From Spirochaetia bacterium (lineage in GTDB: Bacteria > Spirochaetota > Spirochaetia > SZUA-6 > Bin103), in the NCBI GenBank assembly GCA_965203905.1, contig CBDBDQ010000005.1, positions 2,816,001 to 2,880,000 of the forward strand: a DNA stretch of 64,000 bases. Direction: 5' to 3'. Below are positions 29,736-39,994 of the stretch, piece by piece. The notes under the pieces were generated by a model. It did no database searches and was not told where the DNA came from. It saw only the letters and a program-made list of their open reading frames with translations. Within the stretch, counting starts at the first letter, position 1, and every line of letters begins with the position of its first letter. The position numbers and the translations under genes were made by a program.

Positions 29736-30435
29736 ATGACTGAAAGGAAATCAATGTTGTAGCCGGTCACAATAGCTTTCATTGCTGATGTTCACTACGG
29801 AACAACGTCGCCTATTCCACGCCGTCGTTGTGAGATAGCAGATATTCTGCTGAAGCGAGCGGTCTACCGGCTGAACAGGCTGGTTCGGCCTGATGTCACG
29901 CTGATCCTGGGCGATGTGATAGATGACGGTAGTTCCCCTGACGCCGAGAGGAGTTTGCTTCAACTTCGCTCAATCCTCGATAAGCTGGATTCACCTTACA
30001 TCACGATTCCCGGGAATCATGACATTGATCCGGAGAAAATTCTAACGAGTCTTCGACCGCCCGCATGACGTTGAGGATATTGCTGGAATCCGGTTTCTGA
30101 CGTTTGTCGACCAAGAAGAACCCGGGTACAACGCCAGACGTAGCAACCGTAATCTTGAGGGGTGGACCTCTCCATAAGCGGTCATCATCATCCTGGGTGC
30201 GAGGATAAGAGTGATGGTGGCATACTGTTTGTGAACGCCCCGGGGCTGTGCGAAGCACCATTCCCTTATCTTGTAGTCACTATCGACGGCGAGGAGATCA
30301 ACACCTGTCGCCACGAATTGGCCATGCCGGCAGAATTGCAGCTGGTTGACAATCATGTGCATACGCAATTGGCGTATTGCGCCGAGGATGTGACCATTGA
30401 GCGCTGTATCCAACTCGCTGGAGACTTTGGTCTTA
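29736..30435 (+). pseudogene. Metallophosphoesterase-PHP fusion pseudogene
   Basis: ADVHYG, LGDVID, PGNHD, SGHHH, then DNHVHT; in-frame TAG at 29760, a frameshift near 30040, apparent internal deletion, truncated near 30435. Confidence 0.8.
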
Positions 30436-30438
30436 ATG

Positions 30439-30498
30439 ACAGAACAGAGCGTTGCGCGGCGACGCGGCAAACCGCGCGTGTGAACACCGTCGTTAGCT
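30439..30498 (+). other. Degenerate integron attC-like recombination site
   Basis: 60 bp ACAGAAC-AGAGCGTTG...CGCGG-CAAA-CCGCG...TGAACACCGTC-GTTAGCT: AAC...GTTRRRY-like ends around an imperfect hairpin. Confidence 0.55.
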
Positions 30499-30502
30499 GG
30501 CT

Positions 30503-30715
30503 CGCGAGGAATGGCGTGATTGGCTGACGGCTAATTTCAATACCAAGCCTGAAATATGGCTCATCTCATATCGGAAACATGCTGGACGCCCTAGCATTCC
30601 TTGCAATTCTGCTGTCGAAGAGGCTCTGTGCTTTGGCTGGATCGATAGCATCCGGAAGAGCCTCGACAGAGAGCGTATTGCACAGCGCATTTCCCCAAGA
30701 AAGCCAGGCAGTTAA
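30503..30715 (+). pseudogene. YdeI/OmpD-associated family protein fragment
   Basis: REEWRDWL...EIWLISYRK...AVEEALCFGWIDS...QRISPRKPGS*; no start codon; not in the ORF track. Confidence 0.8.
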
Positions 30716-30721
30716 GGCGAT

Positions 30722-31173
30722 GTGGCGACTCAAGTCGCGTTCGCTACCAACGCACGGCAGAGACGATATGCCCCCCGTGGCAAGAACCAGTTGCACGCCA
30801 TCTTCGAGAAGCATTTCAGTGATTTCTGCGATCAGTACCAGGATCGCTTTGGCCAGAAATACGGGAGGTATCACCTACCACGGATAGAGGGAGTCGGCGA
30901 ACGATTTGGCAAGTGCGGCGACTACCGATACGGGGTCGCCCGTATCCGGTGCACCAATCCCGAGTGTGCTCACGACCACTTTCGGCCGTTCAGCTGCAAA
31001 GGCTTCTACCTCTGCCCGTCATGTAGTCAGAAACGAACGCTTCTATTTGCCGAGCACCTCACTGAGGAGGTGCTTCTGAACTTGCCGCATCGCCAGTTCG
31101 TGTTCGCCCTGCCGAAGGCGCTGCGCATCTTCTTCCGCCACGACCGCCGACTCTTTGGCCATGTCTCGCGGCT
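30722..31173 (+). mobile_element. IS91-family (rolling-circle) transposase N-terminal zinc-binding fragment
   Basis: KCGD..GVARIRC...C..PFSCKGFYLCPSCSQKR...PHRQFVFALPKALR; HUH and Tyr motifs absent; in frame with copy 3. Confidence 0.88.
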
Positions 31174-33819
31174 GCGCGGCCTGACGGTGCCGGAGGTGAT
31201 CAACCTCAGCATCAACTTCCGCAGCGTCGGCAACATCGTCAGCCTGGCCAACAGGCTGCTGGAGCTGAAGGGGCGCCTGATCGGCCTGGGCGGCGGCGAG
31301 ATCGCCGAGCGCTGGACCTTCCGCGGACGGCCGCCGCTGCTGGTCGACGGCCTCCCCGAGCGCGATCTGCTGCGCACCGTGCGCCTGGGTGGCGCCGGGC
31401 AGGTGGTGCTGGCACGCAGCGAGCGGGAACGCGACCGGCTGCGCGCGGCGCTGAAGACCGAGCTGGTGTTCACCGTGGGCGAGGCCAAGGGGCTGGAGTT
31501 CGATGCCGTGCTGCTGTGGCGCTTCCCGGCGGCGGAAGGCGCGCCCGCCATCTGGCGGCGCATCGCCACCGACCGGGTGCGGGGAGATGCCGACACACCC
31601 CACATCCGCCACGAGCTGAACCTGCTGTACGTGGCGGTGACGCGGGCGCGCAACACGCTGGTGATCTGGGACGGCGAGCAGGTCAGCTCGATCTGGAGCA
31701 TCGACTCGCTGGCCGACCAGGTGTACCGGTCGGCCGACGGCACCGCCTTCGAGACCCTCTGGCAGCGGGTCTCCACCCCCGACGAGTGGGAAGCCCAGGG
31801 CGACTACTTTGCCGAGCGCGAGCACTACGCCGCCGCCGAAGAGTGCTACCGCCACGCCCAGGCAATGGGCAAAGAGGATCTGGCCCGCGCCCGCCGCCTG
31901 CAGCAGGAGGGGGATCATCGCACCGCGGCCGACCTGTTCGCCCGCCATGGCCACGCCGAGCCGGCAGCCGAGAATCTGGAATGCGCGGACGCGTTTCGCG
32001 AGGCGGCGCGGGCGTGGCGCCGCGCGGGTCGGGAGATGCGAGCCGTGGCCAGCGAGGCGCGTCACTACGAGTCCGCCGGCAACTACGCCGCCGCGGCCAG
32101 GCGTTGGCAGCAGCTCGGCGACGACGACGGCGTACTGCGCAACTGGGAGCTGGGGCGGGACTTCGGCAAGCTGGCGCAGTACCACCTGGAGCGCAACGCC
32201 CGCGGCGAGGCGGCGCGCTACCTGCAGCTCGCGGGCGACCACGCGGAGGCGGCGGTGCAGTTCCGCCGTGCCGGGCTGCTGGAGCTCGCGGCGCAGGAGT
32301 TCGAGCAGGCCGGCGACCACGCGCGCGCCGCGACGCTTTACCGGCGCCTGCAGGACGGCGCCGGGTTGCTACGCTGCCTGCTCCACGACGGCGCGTTCCA
32401 CGACGCGGGCCTGGAATACGAACGGCGCGGCGACCTGGAGAAGGCGGCCGACTGTTTCCGCCGCTACGCGGAAGGCTCGCCCGAGGCACGGCAGGATCTG
32501 GAGCGGCGTCTCGCCAAGATCACGCCCAAGCGTCCGGGGATGCGGGCCGCCATCCGGCTGGTCGCCCTGGGCCGGTTGGACGAGGCGGCGCCCATCTACG
32601 CGCGGCGCGGCCACCATGAACGTGCCGCCGAGCTGTTCAGCGAGGCCGGGCGGCCCGATCACGCGGCGCTCTGCCTGGCCGAGTGCGGCCGTTATCGGGA
32701 GGCGGCGGACGAGGTCCTGCGCGGCGGCGGCGGCCATGCCATCAGGGTGGCCACCTCGTATCTGGTCGACTACCTGACCAGCGACCGGTCCGCGGCGCTG
32801 AATCGGATCGGCGAGCTGAACCGGACCGCCGGTCGCCTGGTGCGCAGTGCCGCCGGCGAGCAGGCGCTGGCGTACTATCTCGCCATCGACGAGGTTGGCG
32901 GCCACCTCTACCTGCACGAGGTGACCACCCTGTACGCAAAGCTCGGGCGCCACGCGGAGGCGATCGGCTACGCTCTGGACCGTGATGAAGGCGGCAACGC
33001 GGACGCCTACCTGGAAGCGCGGCCCGAGCTGGTGCTGACGCTCGACGAGGTGGAATCCCTGGCACGCGGGACCAAGCTCCGACCGCCGCTGTGGCAGGAG
33101 CACCGCGCCGAGGTCATGGGCGTGCTGTTCCGGCTCCTGCACGGATGCCTGTTTCGGGGCGCGGAACCCGATCGTCGTCCCCGGATTGCCGCGCTCATGG
33201 ATGAGGTGTCCTCGACACCGTCTACATCACGCGCCTGTCCCCGGAGTTGACCGACCTGATGATCGACCTGCGGCTCTACGATCTGATCCAGACCACCGTG
33301 GGGCTGTGGGAGTACCGTGAGGACGAGGCCGGCGACGAATACGATTACTTCGAGGAGCGGTTGGAGCGGACGGTGATGGAGGAGCGCGACCCGGAGCTGG
33401 CGCTCTGCCTGCTGCTGGATGAACCGGGGGCGTTCGAAGCGGCGATCGCGCAAGTTGAGCCGACAGCGCGCAATGTGGCGCTGTTCGCGCGCAGCAGCAC
33501 GCGCTATCCGGAAGCGGCGGCGGTGCTGGTGGAGTCGGGCGCCACGCAGCGCGCCGCCGAGGTTTGCATCCGCCATCGCGACTACGCCCGCGGCGGCAGG
33601 ATCTACGATGAATCCGGCGATCTGCAGCGCGCGGGCCGCGCCTATCGCGACGGCAGGTTGTACGCCGACGCCCACCGCTGCTTTGCGGCCTGCGGCGACG
33701 AGGCCGGCGCGGCGCGCGTGTTCGAGCGTGAGTTACGCTTGGGGGAGGCGTTGGCCATCTGGAAACGGCTCGGCCGGAAGCGCGAAGTGGACCGGGTGCG
33801 CAAGAAGATGGGGCGTTAG
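31174..33819 (+). pseudogene. RelE-helicase-TPR protein copy 3, C-terminal two-thirds
   Basis: Colinear with copy 1 from RGL.VPEVINLSINFRS to RKKMG; one base missing near 33214 splits it into ORFs ending 33250 and 33819. Confidence 0.9.
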
Positions 33820-33997
33820 GTACTCCGTACGGTAGGCGGGGCTGGGCAGAAAGCGACGCCGGTAGGCGGAGCGGCGCCGTCCACCGCAACGGCGAGCCCT
33901 GCTGTCGATCCTGTCCGACTACCTGCACCGCAGCCGGCGCCGGTGGTAGGATGGTCGGTGGGTCGCGGCTCCTGCACGGCCCGCCGGATCTGCTTCC

Positions 33998-36900
33998 ATG
34001 GTACGAAACTACACCCTGCTTCTGCACGACGCGGTGCGCGCCCACGTGGTTTCCCTGGACGTGCGGGCGAAGCAGCGCCTGCGTGAGAAGCTGGAGTTTC
34101 TGCAGGAGGGGTTGTGGGACGCCGGGGTACGGGTCAAGAAGCTCAGGGGCAGCGGCCGCGCCGTGTTCGAGGCGCGCCTCAGCCGTGGCGACCGCATCCT
34201 GTTCACCCTGGGCGAGCCGCCGGCCGCGGACGCGAGCGGCAATGGCGCCGGCGCTACCCGCATCTACGTGTGGGGGGTGGTCAAGCACGACGACGTGAGC
34301 GCCGCCGCCGAGCGCCGCATCGTGCCCGCCAACGCGCCGTTTCTCGACTTCGAGCCGGCTCTGGTGGAGGAGTTGCCGCACCTCGATGCCGGCGACCTGG
34401 GCGGCGACTATTTCTCGCCCGCGCTCGACCAGCCGCTCGCGGCGCCGGGCGCCGATGCGCCGACCGACGCGGGACCGCAGCGCTGGCTGGTGGTGGACGA
34501 GGAGGAGTGGCGCCGGCTGCAGGCGGCCCACCCGGGCGACCACCTGGAGCTGTACCTGTTTCTGACCCGCGAGCAGGCGCGGCTGCTGCACGGCGAGCCG
34601 CCGTTGCTGCTCTCCGGCACCGCCGGCAGCGGCAAGACCACGATCGCGGTCTACTTCCTCCTGCGCCACCGGGTGCGCCAGCTTGCCGCCGCGCCCGACG
34701 GCGCCGGCGAGCCGGCCGGCGGTCGGAGCATGCGCCCTGCAACCGCGGCCCGTGGTGGCGGTGCGCGCGGCCAGCTCACGCAGGGCGCTGAGGACGGGAC
34801 AGCCGTCGTGGCGAGTGCCGAGCGGGCGCTGTTTCTCACCTGCAGCCCGCACTTGAAGCGGTTTTCGGAGCGCATCTATCGCGGGCTGGTGACGGCCACC
34901 GAGTTGGAAGACGCGGCACAGGCGGTGCGCTTCGCCACCCTCGGCGAGCTGCTCGGCGAGATCATGGGCCGCGCCGGACGCCCACGGTGGCAGGCGCCGC
35001 CAGTCGGGCTGGCCGAGTTTCGCGCCATTTTCCGCAACCACCCGGGGGCGGCCCGCTACGACGCGGAGCTGGTGTGGGAGGAGATCCGCTCCATCATCAA
35101 GGGCGCCAAGCCGCCGGTGAGCCGGCGCCGGTTCGCGGAGCTGGCGGCTCGTTTCGCGGCCGCGCAGGCGGCGCAGCGCGAGCGCAACGAGCTGGCAGAG
35201 TACGTGGTGCGGCTGGGAAACCTGGAGCCGGGCGCCAGGCTCGACGGCGCGCGCGGGCGCAAGACCGGCTTCGGCTCGCTGCAGGAATTCGCCGCCAGCC
35301 TGCGTGACGGCGCGACCGTGCGGCGTGACGAGCAACTGTTTCTGCTGCAGGCGGCCCTGCGCCTGCTGGAACGGCAGTCCACGCGTCTCGACCAGCCCCT
35401 GCTCACCCTGCGCGAGTACGAGGGGCTGGGGCACAAGCGGGCGCCCAACTTCCCGTTCGACCGGCGTGAAATCCACCGCATCGCCGAGTACTACCAGGAG
35501 CGGCTCGAGGCTGACGCCCGGTTCGACGAGATCGACCAGACCCGTGCCGCCCTGCAGTACCTGGAGCGCCACGGCGACCAGTTCCGCTACGACCTGGTGG
35601 TGTGCGACGAGGTACAGGACTTCACCGACATGCAGCTCGCCCTGCTGTTCCGCCTCGCCGGCGACCCGCGCCGCACCGTGCTCACCGGGGACCCCAAGCA
35701 GATCATCAATCCGAGCGGCTTTCGCTGGGAGGAGGTCCGAGCGCGCTACTACGAGCGCGGCCTGCAGGTGCCGGAGGTGATCAATCTCAGCATCAACTTC
35801 CGCAGCGTGGGCAACATCGTCAGCCTGGCCAACAGTCTGCTGCTGCTGAAACGCAGCCTGGTCGGGCTGGCCAGCGGTGAGATCACCGAGCGCTGGACCT
35901 TCCGCGGCCGGCCCCCGCTGCTGGTCGAGGGCCTCGCCGAGCGCGAGCTGCTGGCCACGGTGCGCCGCGGGGGTGCTGGACAGGTGGTGCTGGTGCGCAC
36001 CGAGCGGGAGCGCGATCGCCTGCGCAAGGCGCTGCAGAGCGAATTGGTGTTCACGGTGGGCGAGGCCAAGGGGCTGGAGTTCGACTCGATTCTGCTGTGG
36101 CGCTTCCCGGAGGCGGAGGGGGCGCCAGCCATCTGGCGGCGCATCGCCGCGGACCAGGTGCGTGGCGCCGCCGACACGCCGCACGTCCGCCACGAGCTGA
36201 ACCTGCTGTACGTGGCGGTGACGCGGGCACGCAACACCCTGGTGATCTGGGACGGGGAGGAGGTGAGCCCGATCTGGGGCATCGAGACGCTCGCCGACCA
36301 CGTGTACCGGTCCGCCGACGGCGCCGCCGTCGATACCCTGTGGCGACGCGTTTCGACTCCTGCCGAGTGGCAGGCACAGGGCGACTACTTCATGGAACGG
36401 GAACACTTTGCAGCCGCCGAAGAGTGCTACCGCAACGCCCAGGCGGTGGTCGAGGAGGAGCTGGCGCGCGCCCACCGGCTGGAGCGGGAGGGCGATCACC
36501 AGGCGGCAGCCGGGCTGTTCATCCGCCACGGGCGGGTGGCGCGGGCGGCCGAGGGCCTGGAGCGGGCCGGCGAGCACCTGGAGGCGGCGCGCATCTGGCG
36601 CGGTGCCGGCAACGAGATGCGTGGCGTCGCCTGCGAGGCGAAGCACTACGAAGCGGCCGGCGACCATGCCGCCGCCGCCGCCCGCTGGCAGCAGCTGGGG
36701 GTGGAGGAGGGGATGCTGCGCAACTGGGAGCGGGGCCGCGAGTTCCGCAAGCTGGCCGGGTTCTACCTGGAGCGGGAGGTTCCCGGGGAGGCGGCGCGCT
36801 ACCTCAAGCTGTGCGGCGACCACGCGCGGGCGGCGGAGCAGTTTCGCCGCGCCGGGATGCTGAGGTCGTCGGCCGCGGAGTACGAGGTGGCCGGCGACCA

Positions 36901-38434
36901 CGAGCGCGCCGCGGTGCTCTACCGGCGGCTGGGCGACAACGACGGGCTGCTGCGCAGCCTGTTCCACGCCGGCCTGTTCCACGATGCCGGGCTGCTGTAC
37001 GAGAAGCGGGGCGACCTGGAACGCGCCACCGACTGCTTCCGCCGCTATGCCGAGAGTTCGCCGCAGGCGCGTCAGGACCTGGAGCGGCGGCTCGAGGGCA
37101 TTGTCCAGAAGCATCCGGGGATGCGGGCCGCGATCCGCATGGTCGCCCTGGGCCAGCCTGAACGCGCCGCGCCGATCTACTTCCGCAACGGCCATCCGGA
37201 GCGTGCCGCGGAACTGTTCCGGGCCGCCGGACAGCGCCAGTCGGCCGCGCTGTGCCTGGCCGAGTGCGGGAGCCACCGGGAGGCCGCCCGCGAGGTCGCT
37301 GCCGGCGGCAGCGACGAGGATGTCCAGGAGGCCGCCAAGTACCTCGTCACCTACCTGGCCAGCGGCGACCCGGAGAAGCAGGACCGGGCCGGTGATCTGC
37401 TGCGTACCGGGGGCCGGCTGTTGCGCTCCGGGAACTATCAGCTGGCGCTGGCGCACTACCTGGCGGTGGGTTCCGCGCGCGGCGGCGTCTACATGCAGGA
37501 AGTGACCGCCGCCTACGCCGGGCTGGAGCGTCACGCCCTGGCCCTGGAGTATTGTCTGCACCTCAACCGCGGCGCCAGTGCAGCCGCCTACCTGGACGCG
37601 CGTCCCGAACTGGTGCTGGCGCCGTCGGAGGTGGAATCGCTGGTGCGCGGCCCCGGAGAGGGTACGGGCCCCGAAGGGCGTACGCGGCTCGAGAGTGAGG
37701 ACGAGGCCATCGAGGGTGTGCTGTTTCGGCTCATGCACGGCTGCCTGTTTCGCGGTACGGCGCCTGACCGCCGGCAGCGGATGGCCGCGCTGCTGCGCTT
37801 GTTGCCGGCCCACTACGGCCATGCCTGCCCGCTGTTCGTCGAGCTGAGTGACCTCATCGTCGAGCTGCGCCGCTACGACGTGATCATCGACATCCACACC
37901 TCGCGGATGGTCCGGCAGCCACCGGCGGACGAATTGCATGACCATCTCGTAAGCCGCCTGCAACGGACGGCAGAGGAACAGCAGGATCGGGATCTGGCGC
38001 TGTGCACGCTGCTGGACGATCTCCCGGCGTTCGACGCCGGGCTGAACGAACTCGAGGTGAGCGAGCGCAACGTGGAGCTGTTCGCGCACAGTGGGCGGCA
38101 CTATGCCGCGGCCGTAGCGTTTCTGCTGGAGCAGGGCGCTGCCGACAGGGCAGCGTCGGTGTGCATGAGCCAGGACGACTACGCCGGTGCCGGGAAGATC
38201 TACGAGCAGGCCGGGGACTTGGCCCTGGCGGGGCGCGTCTATCGCGACGGCATGTGTTTCGCCGACGCGTTACGCTGTTTCGACGCAATCGGCGACGAGG
38301 TGGAAACGGCGCGCGTCTACGAGCGCGAGCGACGCTACGACGAAGCGTTGGCGATCTGGCAGCGGCGCGGGTGCGAGCAGGACGTCGAGCGGGTACGCAG
38401 CGAGATGGCGCGGCGCAGCGGCGACGCCTTTTGA
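33998..38434 (+). CDS. RelE/ParE-like + SF1 helicase + TPR-like protein, copy 4 (intact, 1478 aa)
   Basis: Same motif set as copy 1; more diverged repeat region. Confidence 0.9.
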   Translation: MVRNYTLLLHDAVRAHVVSLDVRAKQRLREKLEFLQEGLWDAGVRVKKLRGSGRAVFEARLSRGDRILFTLGEPPAADASGNGAGATRIYVWGVVKHDDVSAAAERRIVPANAPFLDFEPALVEELPHLDAGDLGGDYFSPALDQPLAAPGADAPTDAGPQRWLVVDEEEWRRLQAAHPGDHLELYLFLTREQARLLHGEPPLLLSGTAGSGKTTIAVYFLLRHRVRQLAAAPDGAGEPAGGRSMRPATAARGGGARGQLTQGAEDGTAVVASAERALFLTCSPHLKRFSERIYRGLVTATELEDAAQAVRFATLGELLGEIMGRAGRPRWQAPPVGLAEFRAIFRNHPGAARYDAELVWEEIRSIIKGAKPPVSRRRFAELAARFAAAQAAQRERNELAEYVVRLGNLEPGARLDGARGRKTGFGSLQEFAASLRDGATVRRDEQLFLLQAALRLLERQSTRLDQPLLTLREYEGLGHKRAPNFPFDRREIHRIAEYYQERLEADARFDEIDQTRAALQYLERHGDQFRYDLVVCDEVQDFTDMQLALLFRLAGDPRRTVLTGDPKQIINPSGFRWEEVRARYYERGLQVPEVINLSINFRSVGNIVSLANSLLLLKRSLVGLASGEITERWTFRGRPPLLVEGLAERELLATVRRGGAGQVVLVRTERERDRLRKALQSELVFTVGEAKGLEFDSILLWRFPEAEGAPAIWRRIAADQVRGAADTPHVRHELNLLYVAVTRARNTLVIWDGEEVSPIWGIETLADHVYRSADGAAVDTLWRRVSTPAEWQAQGDYFMEREHFAAAEECYRNAQAVVEEELARAHRLEREGDHQAAAGLFIRHGRVARAAEGLERAGEHLEAARIWRGAGNEMRGVACEAKHYEAAGDHAAAAARWQQLGVEEGMLRNWERGREFRKLAGFYLEREVPGEAARYLKLCGDHARAAEQFRRAGMLRSSAAEYEVAGDHERAAVLYRRLGDNDGLLRSLFHAGLFHDAGLLYEKRGDLERATDCFRRYAESSPQARQDLERRLEGIVQKHPGMRAAIRMVALGQPERAAPIYFRNGHPERAAELFRAAGQRQSAALCLAECGSHREAAREVAAGGSDEDVQEAAKYLVTYLASGDPEKQDRAGDLLRTGGRLLRSGNYQLALAHYLAVGSARGGVYMQEVTAAYAGLERHALALEYCLHLNRGASAAAYLDARPELVLAPSEVESLVRGPGEGTGPEGRTRLESEDEAIEGVLFRLMHGCLFRGTAPDRRQRMAALLRLLPAHYGHACPLFVELSDLIVELRRYDVIIDIHTSRMVRQPPADELHDHLVSRLQRTAEEQQDRDLALCTLLDDLPAFDAGLNELEVSERNVELFAHSGRHYAAAVAFLLEQGAADRAASVCMSQDDYAGAGKIYEQAGDLALAGRVYRDGMCFADALRCFDAIGDEVETARVYERERRYDEALAIWQRRGCEQDVERVRSEMARRSGDAF

Positions 38435-38444
38435 CACCGGGCGC

Positions 38445-39992
38445 TCAACTCCACCGGTAGCTGTAGAGCCGGCTGCGCGTCAGCAGGAAGCGGATCTTCA
38501 CCGCTCCGCTCACGGTGGAGAGGCCGCCGTCGTTCCAGGTAACCCGCCGCTCCAGCTCGTCTCCGCGCAGCGCCACGCACTGCCGGCGCGAGAACCCGTC
38601 CAGCACCGTGCCGTCGGGCGCGCAAAGCTCCACCAGCACCTGTCCGCCGGCCGCGTCGGCGTTCACCGTGAGCTCCCGCGTTCCCGGCGGCAGCGTCACC
38701 GGCTTGGTGGTGACCACCCCGGTTTCGGCGGCGTGCAGGGCGACGAAGCGGTCGCGCCGCCAGGTGGCGCGTGCCAGGTACTTGACCCGCTTCTCCAGGT
38801 CGGTCTCGCCGTGGCCGTGCTCGCAGCCGGTGTAGTACCAGTGGATCGCGTCGCCTTCGATGACTGGCTCCTTGGCGGTGCCGATGATCATGCCCCGGTC
38901 GAAGGCGTCGCCCTCGCCGCGCGGGATTGCCGGGGTGCGCTCGCGGTCGGCGTGGGTCCAGCTCATCCCGTCGCGGCTGTACACCAGTTGCGCATCGATC
39001 GGGCCGTCGCAGGGCATCTGGTTCTTCTCGTTGGGTATCTTCTCCGCACGCACGTACAGCGCTCCCACCAGGCCGAGATGGAGGTGGTGGTAACGGAACG
39101 CCGACAGGTCATAGTACTCGGCGCGCAGTGCGCCGTAGCGGCGCCAGGCCACCGCGTCGTCCCAGCCGGTCGGCTCCAGCACCGGGCACGACTCCTTCCA
39201 GGGACCCTCCAGCGCCGGACTCTCCGTGTAGCAGATGATGCGGCGATCGTCGCGGTCGCCGCTGCGCTCGATGGAGTAGGCGCGGTACACCCGGTCGCGG
39301 GGATCCCAGGTGACGTTGAAGGCACCCTCGTTGCCGCGCGCGGTCACCGGCTGCAGGTGGTGGCGGTCGTCCCAGCGGATGCCGTCGGCCGAGGTGAGCA
39401 GGAAGATGCCCTTGTAGCGGCGGCAGTAGCCGATCGCCTTGTAGCGTTTCTCGGGGTCGGGCTCGGTGCGGTCGATGAACACCGAGGCGCCGTGCAGGTC
39501 CCACACGATGTTGTTGTCGGGGCTGCCGTTGAAGGTGAAGATGCCGAGATCGGGCTTGACCCAGTCCAGGCCGTCGTCGCTCTCCGCGTACAGGGTGAGG
39601 TCGCCGCGGTCGTTGTTCTGCAGGGCCCGACCGTGGCGGTCATGGGTCACGCCGTTGCAGTGGAAGGGACGTTCGTCGGTGCGCGGAATGTACAGGCCCG
39701 GGATCTGGTAGTTGCCCGCCGGGAAGCGCCAGTGCGGGCCCATGCGGCCCATGTACCACATGCGGTACTTGCCGATCAGGTCGTCGTAAAGCACGGTCCC
39801 GTAGAGGTGGATGCGCTTGCTCATGCCGGCGCCGCAGTACTCCCACGGCTTGTCGCGGTCGGGAGCCACCAGCACCGGGCTCTTGCTCCCGACCTGCACC
39901 TCGCGGCGGATGCCGTGCTGCTCCTGGATCAGCGCCTCGTCCAGCAGCAGGACCGGGGCTGCCGTCCACGCGTCGCCTTGGTGGCGCAGCAT
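38445..39992 (-). CDS. Putative five-bladed beta-propeller glycoside hydrolase-like protein
   Basis: YAESDDGLDWVKP, TSADGIRW, YSRDGMSW Asp-box-like repeats; RRDRFVAL and LTVNADA C-terminal pattern; family uncertain. Confidence 0.65.
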   Translation of the reverse strand: MLRHQGDAWTAAPVLLLDEALIQEQHGIRREVQVGSKSPVLVAPDRDKPWEYCGAGMSKRIHLYGTVLYDDLIGKYRMWYMGRMGPHWRFPAGNYQIPGLYIPRTDERPFHCNGVTHDRHGRALQNNDRGDLTLYAESDDGLDWVKPDLGIFTFNGSPDNNIVWDLHGASVFIDRTEPDPEKRYKAIGYCRRYKGIFLLTSADGIRWDDRHHLQPVTARGNEGAFNVTWDPRDRVYRAYSIERSGDRDDRRIICYTESPALEGPWKESCPVLEPTGWDDAVAWRRYGALRAEYYDLSAFRYHHLHLGLVGALYVRAEKIPNEKNQMPCDGPIDAQLVYSRDGMSWTHADRERTPAIPRGEGDAFDRGMIIGTAKEPVIEGDAIHWYYTGCEHGHGETDLEKRVKYLARATWRRDRFVALHAAETGVVTTKPVTLPPGTRELTVNADAAGGQVLVELCAPDGTVLDGFSRRQCVALRGDELERRVTWNDGGLSTVSGAVKIRFLLTRSRLYSYRWS

Positions 39993-39994
39993 TG

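Noticed and set aside
30722-33250. Helitron-like Rep-helicase transposon
   Set aside because: The IS91 part lacks the HUH and catalytic Tyr motifs, the helicase part lacks motifs I-III, and it is plainly a fragment of the local paralog family.
6681-38434. Diversity-generating retroelement as the source of repeat-region variation
   Set aside because: No reverse transcriptase and no template/variable repeat pair with adenine-specific differences was seen.
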